DNA from: Planctomycetota bacterium
GTDB taxonomy: Bacteria; Planctomycetota; PLA2; JAEUHO01
Direction of reading: 5' to 3'
Length of the DNA stretch: 64,000 nt
Assembly (NCBI GenBank): GCA_965222115.1
Contig: CBDCTJ010000001.1
Location: forward strand, 1-64,000
This document shows positions 9,586-18,884 of the stretch, in pieces. A model generated the notes under the pieces. That model did not search any database. It had not been told where the DNA came from and saw only the letters and a program-made list of their open reading frames with translations. How positions within the stretch are numbered: position 1 is the first letter of the stretch; each line of letters begins with the position of its first letter. The position numbers and the translations under genes are program-made.

Positions 9586-10416
9586 CTATCCATCGCCCTG
9601 ATCGCTGGGCGCCTCGTCCCCATCCGCGTCCTCGTCGGCTTCCAAGGACTCGAGTAGCGCCGAAAGACGATCGCGGGCCGCTTGCACGGCGCGAACGGGG
9701 TCGGCGATCTCGCCGTCTTCGTCCGTAAGCGGTATCTCGACCTCGGTGGCTTCTTGCGTGCCGACAAATCGCTCGATGAATTCCCGAGCGAGGCGCGTGT
9801 ATTCGTCCAACTGGGTAGCCTTCGGCAGTTGTCCACTCACGTCGGCCACCTTGCGACGATAGTCGGCGAGCGCCACGTGAGCCGCACGAGAACCCAATCG
9901 AATGCGACGGTTGCCATCGCAGGCAATGCACTTGGTTGTACCGAGACACACGGGGCAAACCGCGGACGTAGTATTGTCGCCCGAGGCGTTGCTGCCGGAT
10001 GAAGGGTTGAGCGCCAACCCGGTGCCACAACAATACCCACAACGCCCTCTACCCAGGCGGCCCACCACTTCCTTGGCCAATTCCTGACTCACGCCGATCG
10101 CCTCGGAAAAACGCTTCGTGATTTCGGGCTCTCCGAGTTTGGCGACGGCATCGCGAATGTAGCCGTCTTCCATTGCCGTCAGGCAGTACTCACACAGAGG
10201 GCTGTGCTCTTCGGGCGATTCGGTCCAGTCATACTCCGTCGCGCACTTGGTGCATTTGCTGCTAAATGGAGGAACAGCAAACCGGCACGATGGGCAATGC
10301 GCGTGGCGGCCTTCCCAAACAACATTGGGGCGATTGAGTGCGAGGGCACTCAACGTAATCAAGGCCGCCAAAATCAACAGGGTCAGAACCCACCACCGGG
10401 ACTGCTTCCGAATCAT
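9586..10416 (-). CDS. Membrane-anchored multi-CxxC protein (zinc-ribbon plus DnaJ-like zinc finger)
   Basis: N-terminal TM; CPSC, CTKC, CEYC, CGYCCGTG, CPVCLGTT, CIACDGN; acidic tail. Start placed at ATG 10416 (ORF open to 10533). Confidence 0.7.
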   Translation of the reverse strand: MIRKQSRWWVLTLLILAALITLSALALNRPNVVWEGRHAHCPSCRFAVPPFSSKCTKCATEYDWTESPEEHSPLCEYCLTAMEDGYIRDAVAKLGEPEITKRFSEAIGVSQELAKEVVGRLGRGRCGYCCGTGLALNPSSGSNASGDNTTSAVCPVCLGTTKCIACDGNRRIRLGSRAAHVALADYRRKVADVSGQLPKATQLDEYTRLAREFIERFVGTQEATEVEIPLTDEDGEIADPVRAVQAARDRLSALLESLEADEDADGDEAPSDQGDG

Positions 10417-10694
10417 CGCTCGCTCGATCCCTCCGATGGCGTGCCGCCGATTGGGGAAGCCTACGAAGGCCGGGCGAAGGAGCATGCATTGGCGGGAGCG
10501 CTCGGTCTGCCTCTGTAGCGGCGCAGCCAACACCCTACGAACAGCGGGGGCTCACAGGCGGCGGGATTGGACGACCCGGCGCAGCACATTCCGTCAAATG
10601 TGAAGTTTGATTGAACATGCGCCCGCGTCTCGATGGATCGCCGATAGAGTACGGAGCGTTGCCAAACGGGGTAACACTTCAGGAGACATCGCAC

Positions 10695-11387
10695 GTGCCA
10701 TTGGGTAGCCCATGGGCCGAACTACTGCTTTGCGCGGTCTCGTTTTGCGTGGGTGGCATCCCCTTTGGCTGGCTCGTGGCACGCTTGTTCAAGCGCGTTG
10801 ACCTGAGAAATGTAGGCAGCGGAAGCACCGGAGCCACGAACTGCGCGCGTCAATGGCAAGGTAAGGCGAGCATTGGCATCTTCATCGGGGTGTTTGCACT
10901 GGACTTTGCCAAGGGACTTTTTGGCGCGCTGTTTTCGCTGGATATGGCGGATGCACTCGGCGTCTCCATGGCGTCCGCGTCGTCGCCCATCACACTGCAA
11001 GTGCTGTGCGGCATGGCGGCCGTCCTCGGCCATATGTTTACGCCCTTCCTAGGATTTCGCGGAGGCAAGGGCGTGGCCACCACATTTGGCGTTGTCACAG
11101 CGCTGGCGCCGCTGTCGTCGTTGTGGGGACTTGGCGCGTGGGGCATTCTTGTTGCGCTCACGCGGTATGTGAGTCTGGGCTCCTTGGTCGCGATGATCAG
11201 TATGCCTTTTACGTATTGGGCCGATCACGGCGAGTCGGCATTTACGAAGTACCTGGGTGTGTGGATCCTGCTCACGGTGATGGCCGCCGTTGTGGTGTGG
11301 CGCCATCGCGCCAATATCGGGCGTCTCCTACGGGGCACCGAGCGACAATTCGGTCGGCGCGCCCGCGCCAGACAGGAAGCGCTCTAA
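10695..11387 (+). CDS. plsY: Glycerol-3-phosphate acyltransferase PlsY
   Basis: GGIPFG, DLRNVGSGSTGATN, LDFAKG, GHMFTPFLGFRGGKGVATTFG, HRANIGRLLRGTE; AGGAGA RBS before GTG 10695. Confidence 0.95.
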   Translation: MPLGSPWAELLLCAVSFCVGGIPFGWLVARLFKRVDLRNVGSGSTGATNCARQWQGKASIGIFIGVFALDFAKGLFGALFSLDMADALGVSMASASSPITLQVLCGMAAVLGHMFTPFLGFRGGKGVATTFGVVTALAPLSSLWGLGAWGILVALTRYVSLGSLVAMISMPFTYWADHGESAFTKYLGVWILLTVMAAVVVWRHRANIGRLLRGTERQFGRRARARQEAL

Positions 11388-11463
11388 CAAGTCGCAGGAA
11401 TCGCCGCGGTGTTGCGTATCGTGCCTGCACAACCGTTGAACGCAGGCGGAGACACCAATCCTC

Positions 11464-12510
11464 GTGGCTGATCCTTGGACCGACGCGGAACGACCTCGTG
11501 CGACAGTTGTCGTTGGTGATGGCGGCTGGGGAACCGCATTGGCACTTGTACTCCATCGCAGCGGACGCGAGGTTTCCATGTGGTCCTATGACCCGGACTA
11601 CGCGGCCCACATGCACGATACGCGGGCCAATCCGCGCTATCTGCCGGGCGTTGAACTGCCGCGCAATCTGCGCATCGAATCGGACTTGGCCAAACTTCTA
11701 CCGGGCGCCACGTTGCTCGTCTCCGCCGTGCCGTCCAACTATGTACGCGCCGTGTGGTCGGGTCACGCACGGTTGATCCCCGAATCACTGCCCATCGTCA
11801 CTGTAAGCAAGGGACTTGAAAACGGAACGCAACTGCGGCCCTCGCAAGTCTTGCGAGATGTGACCGGGAGCAATCGACCGATTGCAACGCTGTCGGGCCC
11901 AAACATTGCGCGCGAAGTTGCTGCGGGGCAGCCGGCCGCCACGGTGGTCGCGTCCGACGACAGTCAACTCACGCAATCCGTTCAACAGACGTTCCACTCT
12001 CCCGCGTTTCGCGTGTACTCAAATGCTGATCCCGTGGGTGTGGAGTTGGGCGGTGTATTGAAGAACGTCATCGCACTGGCTGCCGGTATGTGTGACGGCA
12101 TGGACCTTGGCGTTAACGCAAAGGCGGCACTCGTTACCCGCGGCGTTTTGGAAATGGCGCGTTTAGGGGAAGCCTTTGGCGGGCAGCGCCGCACGTTCTT
12201 TGGCCTCTCGGGTTTGGGCGATCTATTTACAACGTGCGAAAGTAAGAACTCACGCAACCGCACGTTTGGTGAACGCATTGGCCGCGGAGAACGCGTCGAT
12301 GACATTTCCGCGAGCATGAACCAGGTCGCGGAAGGCGTAAAGAGCGCACGACCGGTTTACGAACTCATGCTCAAACACAATCTGACGCTTCCCATTTCTC
12401 GCGAGGTGTACCGCGTGATTCACGAAAACCGCTCGCCCGCCGAGTCGGTTCGAGAACTGATGGAGCGACACCAAAAAGGGGAAGACGCCGACCTCTCATT
12501 TGCGTCGTAG
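11464..12510 (+). CDS. gpsA: NAD(P)H-dependent glycerol-3-phosphate dehydrogenase
   Basis: VVGDGGWGTALA, SKGLE, LSGPNIAREV, GVELGGVLKNVIALAAG, GLGDLFTTC, SRNR. Confidence 0.97.
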   Translation: MADPWTDAERPRATVVVGDGGWGTALALVLHRSGREVSMWSYDPDYAAHMHDTRANPRYLPGVELPRNLRIESDLAKLLPGATLLVSAVPSNYVRAVWSGHARLIPESLPIVTVSKGLENGTQLRPSQVLRDVTGSNRPIATLSGPNIAREVAAGQPAATVVASDDSQLTQSVQQTFHSPAFRVYSNADPVGVELGGVLKNVIALAAGMCDGMDLGVNAKAALVTRGVLEMARLGEAFGGQRRTFFGLSGLGDLFTTCESKNSRNRTFGERIGRGERVDDISASMNQVAEGVKSARPVYELMLKHNLTLPISREVYRVIHENRSPAESVRELMERHQKGEDADLSFAS

Positions 12511-12968
12511 GTAGATCCCCCGTGACAGGCCCATCCTGAGCCACCGTAGACCGAGACGGAAGACCCGCAGGACGCCGAGCCTTCGCCTTCGCAACCCATG
12601 AGCACTAAGCCCGAACTATTCATGAACTGGGGCAAATCGCGCGCTTCATGAATAATCCGGGCTAGGGGCACGCAAGCCCCAGTGACATTCTCTTTCCAAT
12701 TGTTTTCCACATAGGAATTGTTCGAAATTAGGCAAATGAAAGCACGCTGCGCGTGTTTGGGAATTGTGGATCTTGTCGCCAAGTGCCTATAGAAACGTGA
12801 CTTAGACTCAATCGAGTGTTCTGGAAAGAGATGGGAATCTGGATTCCCATAAACGTGCGCAGCTTGCTCCACACGTTTTCCACAATCGCGAAAGGCGCCC
12901 GAGCGAGCTTTGTAAGTCGAATTTTCGCTCTGAAAAAGATGGAAACAATGAGCCTTGGGGATCGGGGG

Positions 12969-14498
12969 CTAGAGAAACTCGTAACGGTTGAGACCGAGCA
13001 TCCGCATCTTGTTGTAAAGCGTGCGTCGATTCATTCCCGCATGCGCCGCCGCGCGACCAACGTGCCCCTGATAGCGCATGAGTACGCGGCGCAGATATTC
13101 GTATTCCATAGCCTCTCGCACGCGCGTCACAACCTCTTGCATGGGCGCTTCGATATCGAACTCAGGCAATTCGGCAATGATGGGATCCACATCGGATCGA
13201 ATACGGGGAGGCAAGTGTGTCGCACGAAGCAAGGGGCCGGCACCAAGCACAAGCGCGCGTTCGATCACGTTCTTTAGCTCACGCACATTTCCCGGCCAGC
13301 GGTACGACAACAAACGCTCCGTACAGTCGGGTGCGAAACCAGCGATGTCGTCGCGTCCCATGGAGACGGCGGCCCGTGAACGAAAAAGTTCCGCAAGCAT
13401 CAAAATGTCTTCAATTCGGCGTCGTAGCGGTGGAACGTAGAGCTTCGTGCCCGTGACGCGGTGCATGAGATCCGAACGAAACGTGCCGCGGTTTACCGCG
13501 CGTTCCAAGCTTCCGCTCGCGGCCGCAACGATGCGAACATCTACGGTGATCAGTCTGTCACCGCCGACCGGCCGCACTTCACCCGAGTCCAAGACGCGCA
13601 GAAGCCGAGTTTGCATGGCGTCGCTAATGGATGCCAACTCGTCAAGGAAAAGGGTTCCTCTGTCGGCAAGCTCGAAGTAACCCTTGCGCGCGTCCTTGGC
13701 TCCCGTAAAGGCACCCTCGACGTGCCCAAAGAGTTCACTCTCCAACAGCGACTCAGACAACGCGCCGCAGTTGACAGTAAAGAACGCTTCCTCGTGACGC
13801 GGAGAGTGTCGGTGAATCGCTGCCGCAACAAGTTCTTTGCCGGTCCCCGTCTCGCCCTCGATTAACACGGACAACGGACTTGCCGCGACTTCGGGGATTA
13901 CGCGCAGCAGACGCTTCATCTTTCGACTGCGACTCTTTAGGTCGGAGAAACGAAGCCCATGAAGAGGGGTCTGCGTGCGGTCTTCGAAGCGATCAATGTC
14001 GCCAACGGTCGTCAGTGCGACGCGTTCGTCAAACTTGCGCGTGGCATGGTCGAGGGCGGCCACAAGCAAGCCAACTTCTTCTGGCCCAGCGTCCTCGGGT
14101 GGATAGGACCACACCGATACTTCGGGGCGTTCCAGTTGCATCATGTCGCGAAACGAATTGACAAGACCTTCGTGTTCGCTGGGTTCCAAGACAAGTGCGG
14201 CAATACGCTGCGATGTGACGCCTTCCGCATCCGTCGCCGCTAGTGCCACGGTGGCCTCACCACAGTTCGCAACCGATTGCGTACGGAGACCGCATCGCTT
14301 AAGGCAGCGACGCAGTCGTGCGCGACGGTTTCCCGCCTCGCCAATCAGCAGTACCCTCGGTCGCTGCAACTCCACCCCTCGAAGATCGTTCGACGACGTT
14401 TGCTCTTCCCCACGCGCCGCGATACGTGCCGCGCAAGATGCGCGGGACCGTTGCCGTCGCCCGTGGCTCTCCACCGTAGCCGATATGCCCCTCTCCAA
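12969..14498 (-). CDS. Sigma-54-dependent enhancer-binding protein (AAA+ / Fis HTH) with degenerate receiver-like N-terminus
   Basis: GETGTGKE, ESELFGHVEGAFTGA, GTLFLDE, WPGNVRELKNVIER, C-terminal HTH; exact start uncertain. Confidence 0.92.
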   Translation of the reverse strand: MERGISATVESHGRRQRSRASCAARIAARGEEQTSSNDLRGVELQRPRVLLIGEAGNRRARLRRCLKRCGLRTQSVANCGEATVALAATDAEGVTSQRIAALVLEPSEHEGLVNSFRDMMQLERPEVSVWSYPPEDAGPEEVGLLVAALDHATRKFDERVALTTVGDIDRFEDRTQTPLHGLRFSDLKSRSRKMKRLLRVIPEVAASPLSVLIEGETGTGKELVAAAIHRHSPRHEEAFFTVNCGALSESLLESELFGHVEGAFTGAKDARKGYFELADRGTLFLDELASISDAMQTRLLRVLDSGEVRPVGGDRLITVDVRIVAAASGSLERAVNRGTFRSDLMHRVTGTKLYVPPLRRRIEDILMLAELFRSRAAVSMGRDDIAGFAPDCTERLLSYRWPGNVRELKNVIERALVLGAGPLLRATHLPPRIRSDVDPIIAELPEFDIEAPMQEVVTRVREAMEYEYLRRVLMRYQGHVGRAAAHAGMNRRTLYNKMRMLGLNRYEFL

Positions 14499-14652
14499 TC
14501 AAGTCCTCACGCGGGTCTCAAACTGAGCGAGCAAGTACAAACGCGCAATACGGCTCGCTACTCTCAAGGACGTTCCCAAATCTAGAAAATGCCCGCCCCA
14601 GCCCTCCCATTCTCTCCGAATCTCAGTACACTCGCCGCGCTATTCCATCGAC

Positions 14653-14729
14653 CGGGGCGTGGCGCAGCTTGGTAGCGCGCTTGACTGGGGGTCAAGAGGT
14701 CGCTGGTTCGAATCCAGTCGCCCCGACCA
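14653..14729 (+). tRNA. tRNA-Pro (anticodon GGG)
   Basis: Acceptor CGGGGCG/CGCCCCG-ACCA; anticodon arm CTTGA-CTGGGGG-TCAAG; T-arm GGTTCGAATCC; 77 nt. Confidence 0.98.
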
Positions 14730-14731
14730 AT

Positions 14732-15076
14732 CTATCTGGGGGACGGAGTCCCCCAGACCCCCTACGCTGAAGGGCGGTGGAATGATGACTGAGAGCCTCA
14801 ATACGAATTGACCGCGAGGAACGTAACTGGGCGTGTTGTTGTTCTTGATTGATGTCTTTTCATTTCTCGACGTGGACTCGAAACTGGAGGTTTTCATCCC
14901 CCAGACCCGCGGTGTGCATTCATAGAATCGCAATGCCAGCCCCGGTGCGTGTCGATCCATGGGGTCATCTTAGTTCTAAGACCCTCGTTCCTATCCCGGG
15001 GGCAAGCCCCCGGACCCCATTGCTAAAGGGCGGTGGGAAACTGATTGAGAAGCTCAATATCGATTGTGGGCGCGAG
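14732..15076. repeat. Two degenerate ~87-bp direct repeats (14732-14818, 14991-15076), each with a GGGGG/CCCCC hairpin
   Basis: ctatc-TGGGGGACGGAGTCCCCCAGACCCC...AAGGGCGGTGG...TGAGAGCCTCAATA vs ctatc-CCGGGGGCAAGCCCCCGGACCCC...AAGGGCGGTGG...TGAGAAGCTCAATA. Confidence 0.75.
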
Positions 15077-15240
15077 CGCACGCAGGCGCTCGAAGCACAT
15101 GCTGTCATCCGGAGACGAGCGCGCTGGTCGACTAGGCGGATTCCGCGAGTGCCCCACTACGCCCAGCGCTGCTTTAGCCTCAACCCTCGATCTCTCAAAC
15201 GCCGATAAGCGAGTCGCACGGCGCAATCCGGAGATGGACG

Positions 15241-16143
15241 ATGTACGCGGCGAAATTTCTGCTGATGCTCTGCCTAACGGTCACTCCAATCGGATGCGGG
15301 TGTGGCGGAAACGAAGAGCTTTGGGACTATTCTTCCGAAAACCCAGCACCATGGTGTCGCGCGGCTTGGTTGATTGAGAACACACCAAACGGCTACACCA
15401 TCTCAGCAGTAGATCTGGACACGGGCACTAAGACCAACCTTCAACATGACTATCAAGGAGGAATGAACGCCCTAGGTTACAGCCAAGTCGATCAGCGGAT
15501 GTATGGGGTCGATTGGAGTACGGCATCAACCGACTCGCTGCCGCTCCTTCGCCTCACAATGGAGGTCAATCCGATTCGAGTTGAGCGATTTGACATCCCG
15601 ATTCCAACTGCGCTCCAAGGCCTCGTGCGACCTGGTTCCTATGTGGGCGACGTGAGCACAGATGGGTTCCTCTACCTACATGCTGGTTCCGTAAGTCTTC
15701 GGGACGGAAGCGGGCTCGTACGAGTCGACGTGAATCCGTTTTCACTCGGCTATCTCAAAGACATGGAGTTCATTCCCTTCATTGGTACTGATATCACGTC
15801 ACCCAATCACAATGTAGTACAGTACGGAGATTGGGCTTTCTCGCCGATTGACGGACTCGTGTACGTCTTGGCGTTTGCCGGTCGATCTACAACACATCTT
15901 TGGCAAATCAATCCACTCACAGGGCTTACCATCGACCTCGGCGAGACGGCGATCACAACAACCGGCCGTTTTGGCGGTGTCTATATGGTTGGGCAGTACA
16001 CGTATTGGCTCCACAACGGGACCGGCGAGATCTGGCGGATGGACTTGTCTGATCCAATCAGCGCACCAGCGACCGCGGAACTGGTCAGTCTCGGCGATCC
16101 ATCGTCAGCGAATGACGGGGCTCATTGTTCAGGTGGCAGTTGA
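15241..16143 (+). CDS. Putative lipoprotein with beta-propeller repeat (DUF6923-like)
   Basis: Lipobox-like IGCGCGG; NALGYS..DQRMYG, YVGDVSTDG, DWAFSPIDGLVY, FGGVY, NGTGEIWR, SSANDGAHC; paralog of 53401-54300. Confidence 0.75.
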   Translation: MYAAKFLLMLCLTVTPIGCGCGGNEELWDYSSENPAPWCRAAWLIENTPNGYTISAVDLDTGTKTNLQHDYQGGMNALGYSQVDQRMYGVDWSTASTDSLPLLRLTMEVNPIRVERFDIPIPTALQGLVRPGSYVGDVSTDGFLYLHAGSVSLRDGSGLVRVDVNPFSLGYLKDMEFIPFIGTDITSPNHNVVQYGDWAFSPIDGLVYVLAFAGRSTTHLWQINPLTGLTIDLGETAITTTGRFGGVYMVGQYTYWLHNGTGEIWRMDLSDPISAPATAELVSLGDPSSANDGAHCSGGS

Positions 16144-16183
16144 ATGAGCTAGCGCCTCGCTCGTACGCAACTAAGGGGAGAAG

Positions 16184-16399
16184 ATGATGCCGACGGGGGC
16201 CTTCTTCGAAAGAGAAGAGATCGAAACTCGGTGTGCAGAATGGAAGGTCCTAGTGCTTGGTGTGGACAAGCGACCGCCGGACATCAAACACATTCGACTC
16301 CTGGAGGAGTACTATCTCTCCGCGATCTCAAGCGACGTCCCAACTTCAAAACGGCGTGTCGGAGGGGCAAAGGCCTTGCCTTTGAACCGGAGATCCTGA
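16184..16399 (+). CDS. Small hypothetical protein or gene remnant
   Basis: AAGGGGAG RBS before ATG; stop codon lies inside the dispersed repeat. Confidence 0.3.
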   Translation: MMPTGAFFEREEIETRCAEWKVLVLGVDKRPPDIKHIRLLEEYYLSAISSDVPTSKRRVGGAKALPLNRRS

Positions 16400-16449
16400 G
16401 TAAGCACAAGCGGACCAAAGGTCCGCGAAGTGCGCATCGAAGGGCCGAA
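16391..16449 (+). repeat. Dispersed REP-like hairpin element, copy 1
   Basis: AGATCCTGAGTAAGCACAA-GCGGACC-aaa-GGTCCGC-gaa-GTGCGCATCGAAGGGCCGAA; flanks are identical to 57140-57198. Confidence 0.85.
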
Positions 16450-16573
16450 CTACAGGGGCCGTCATCTGGAAATCGGTTCAGCGTCCTATGGCTCCGTGTT
16501 GACGAGTCGTAGCACGAAATCATCGTTCGTCGAGATTGTAGAATCGTGCTCCTCGTACGTAAACACTGAGTCC

Positions 16574-16837
16574 CTACGGATAGCTTGACCTTCTCATAAA
16601 CAGGCGTTGAACGCCATCAAGCAACGTACCCGCAAGCATGGGTCCCATCATGATCGCAAATGCAACGTGTTTCCCGCTTGGCCTTGAAACAAACTCGGCC
16701 ACGTCGATTTTCCAACCTTCCAACGGCGAGTAATACACATACGCAAGGAAGGGCAACAGAACGAGCGCATCAAATAGAAAGCCGCCGATCATTAGGCACT
16801 TGGCCCAGCTGTCCAATTTCGATTTCTTGGCTTTCAT
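16574..16837 (-). CDS. Small two-TM membrane protein
   Basis: 87 aa, basic N-terminus and two hydrophobic segments. Confidence 0.6.
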   Translation of the reverse strand: MKAKKSKLDSWAKCLMIGGFLFDALVLLPFLAYVYYSPLEGWKIDVAEFVSRPSGKHVAFAIMMGPMLAGTLLDGVQRLFMRRSSYP

Positions 16838-16884
16838 TTAGCTTTCGACACGGAGCAGGTGTGAAACGAGACCACGAACGCGTC

Positions 16885-18783
16885 CTACGCCTCCAACAAC
16901 CGCTGCGCCACACGAACTAGATCCGCTTCTGTAAGAAGCCCAATCAGTTTGCCTTGCTTTACAACCGGCATGCCGTGAAGGCCGTTAGCTTGCATGCGAA
17001 GGATGGCCTTGCTGGTATCGGTGTCGGGGGTAAGGGTTTCGACGTCGCGACGCATGATCTTGCCGATTTGGAGCGTTTCATCCGTCTTGTGACTTCGCAT
17101 GGCTTGGAGCAAGTCAGAGACGGAAACCATGCCCACCAGTTCGCCGTCCTTGTTTTCAACGGGTACGTGGCGAATCTGCTCCCAACGCATCATCGCCTCG
17201 GCGAGGCTCACGGTGTCGTCTTCCTGCACGGTGAGCAGATCGGTGGTCATGATTTGGGAGACTTTGCGATAGGCCGCAGTGCGGGGGCCGCCTTCGGGAA
17301 TATCGACGGGATCCCACTTATGGACCGGCACGCCAACCTGCTGTTTCTCAAGGTAGGACTTAACGATCCACTGCAGCGCTTCGTCCTTGGGCATGCGGTC
17401 GCGCAGGCGATTGAAACCGGTCATCATCCAACGCGAGCCCGTCTGTCCGTTGGCCACGCGTTCGCCAATAAGATCCAGGAGGCGATTCGTCTCTTCCTTG
17501 TCTACGCCCGCCGTGGTCAAGCCCTTTGCCGCAAGTGGCAGTGCCAAGAGAATCAACTCATCCGCTGAGCGCGCATGACCGTCCACCCAGTGAAGGGAGG
17601 CGCGCATGCCGGTGCTTGCTGCAGCAAAGAAGTTGGTGTGGCAGTCGTGGAACGGCATACGTTCGCCAACGTCGCCAAACTCTTCAACGATGCCGAGTGT
17701 GAGACCGAACAAGAACGCCGCGTTGGCAACACTGTCGATGGCGGTGGGACCGGCAGGCAGCGGTCTGTTCTCAATACGCAAGTGCGGTTTACCGCCCCCC
17801 ACGCCGTAGCACGGTCGGTTCCAACGATAGATCGTTCCGTTGTGGAGTGCCAACGCACTCAATGATGGAATTTTGCCTTCATCCAATAGCTCGTGAGGGT
17901 TTGGCTCGCCGTCATCCATGGGCAACACGGCGCGGAAGCGCGCAATGTCCGTGCGGATAACTTCGAGAATGCCGCCTTTGCTCCACGCATCGCCGAAGTA
18001 CACCCGTGGGCGGGCGCCGCGCTTGAGGTGATGATCCTTGCGGGTGTCCACCGATTGACGGAACAGGGCAATGCGCGTTTCTTCCCAAAGACGCGCGCCC
18101 ATCAGAAGCGGCGAGTTGCCGGCACACGCAAGCGCCAGACCCGTAGCCAGCTGCATGGCGTTGTACACCGCGGAAAATTCATCGGGTGCCACTTGCAAGT
18201 GGAGCTGGAACGACGTATTAAAAGCCTCGAGCAAGATATTGTCATGCGTTGCGTGCAAGCTGTCGGTGCCGCGAATGTTGATGCGGAACTCACCATCGCG
18301 CATGGCGAGCACGCGCTCATTCATGGCAGCGTAGCGTGGGGACGGCGTCATGTGGTCGAGGGTGAGGTGTTCCCAACCAAGCGTGGGCAAGATGCCCATG
18401 GCAACCACGTCCACGCCGTGACGTTTCGCCGCGCGACGCACTACGCCAACGTGATGTCGAAGGTTTCGCTCCAACTCGGTAAAGCAGGCTCCCGTCAACT
18501 CAAGCGGCGCGAGCGCGAGTTCAAGATTGAATCGCGCCAACTCGTTCTGGTAGACGCTCCCGTCGCCCCCCAACGCTTCCAAAATTTCCACACCGCGCGG
18601 CGCGGGCCGCCCGTGCTGATCGATCAGGAAGAGTTCTTGCTCCATCCCGATGCGACGGATGCCGGTCTCAAACAGACCCTCGCGCAGCATGCGTTCAAGG
18701 GCGTCGGCTTCTGTGACCAGGCGCGCCTCGAAACGCCGCAAGTCTTCGGCACTATCGGTAAGTTTGATGTCGTGACGGCCCAT
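16885..18783 (-). CDS. Glutamate-cysteine ligase family 2 (GCS2-like) protein fused to a C-terminal CBS pair
   Basis: IGMEQELFLID, ELARFNLE, GILPTL, NTSFQLHLQ, HNGTIYRWNRPCY, HLRIENR; C-terminal CBS domains (IRHVPVEN, LIGLLTEADL). Confidence 0.9.
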   Translation of the reverse strand: MGRHDIKLTDSAEDLRRFEARLVTEADALERMLREGLFETGIRRIGMEQELFLIDQHGRPAPRGVEILEALGGDGSVYQNELARFNLELALAPLELTGACFTELERNLRHHVGVVRRAAKRHGVDVVAMGILPTLGWEHLTLDHMTPSPRYAAMNERVLAMRDGEFRINIRGTDSLHATHDNILLEAFNTSFQLHLQVAPDEFSAVYNAMQLATGLALACAGNSPLLMGARLWEETRIALFRQSVDTRKDHHLKRGARPRVYFGDAWSKGGILEVIRTDIARFRAVLPMDDGEPNPHELLDEGKIPSLSALALHNGTIYRWNRPCYGVGGGKPHLRIENRPLPAGPTAIDSVANAAFLFGLTLGIVEEFGDVGERMPFHDCHTNFFAAASTGMRASLHWVDGHARSADELILLALPLAAKGLTTAGVDKEETNRLLDLIGERVANGQTGSRWMMTGFNRLRDRMPKDEALQWIVKSYLEKQQVGVPVHKWDPVDIPEGGPRTAAYRKVSQIMTTDLLTVQEDDTVSLAEAMMRWEQIRHVPVENKDGELVGMVSVSDLLQAMRSHKTDETLQIGKIMRRDVETLTPDTDTSKAILRMQANGLHGMPVVKQGKLIGLLTEADLVRVAQRLLEA

Positions 18784-18884
18784 GGTCGCGTCATGCTATC
18801 CGCGGAGGCCATGCGAAGGAAAGCAGCAACCCGTTTCTCATCGGATACCCTAACGGACGTAGGATTCGGCGTGCGCGCCGAGCG

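Noticed and set aside
12420-12872. 150-aa minus-strand ORF, possible Cys/Gly/Ser-rich precursor peptide
   Set aside because: Overlaps the gpsA 3' end antisense, has no RBS and no modifying enzymes nearby.
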